Shown here piece by piece: positions 63,991 through 64,000 of a stretch of 64,000 bases of DNA. The position numbers and the translations under genes are program-made. Under the pieces are notes generated by a model. That model ran no database searches. It saw nothing but the letters and a program-made list of their open reading frames with translations, and was not told the DNA's origin. Position 1 is the stretch's first letter, and each line of letters opens with the position of its first letter. This stretch comes from the human T2T-CHM13v2.0 reference genome, Homo sapiens: the NCBI RefSeq assembly GCF_009914755.1, contig NC_060947.1. One strand, 5' to 3'.

Positions 63991-64000
63991 ACATCAATAT

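Overview
AT-rich, repeat-dense primate genomic DNA, most likely human (AluY/AluS/AluJ, L1PA/L1M, MER and LTR elements). It looks intergenic or deep-intronic. No intact protein-coding gene is visible, and almost all ORFs in the track come from L1, Alu, LTR or microsatellite sequence. The only cellular-gene homology is a GC-rich ~1.9 kb block (26371-~28290, minus strand) carrying the N-terminal coding part of a GSG1L2-like gene plus apparent 5' flank, with no poly(A) or TSD. Other content: a 3.5 kb 5'-truncated L1PA inserted into a decayed ERV-L pol, several solo LTRs, two mariner MITEs and a weak candidate spliced non-coding exon. The most unusual signal is a set of templated-insertion scars: a perfect 62-bp inverted copy of an internal L1 segment inside that L1's own (TA)n tail, a ~180-bp local duplication with a junction hairpin, an Alu tail that amplified inverted copies of its own TSD, and three exact short duplications. 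I see no evidence for a new gene system. Repeat family names are from recall of consensus sequences, not a database search.
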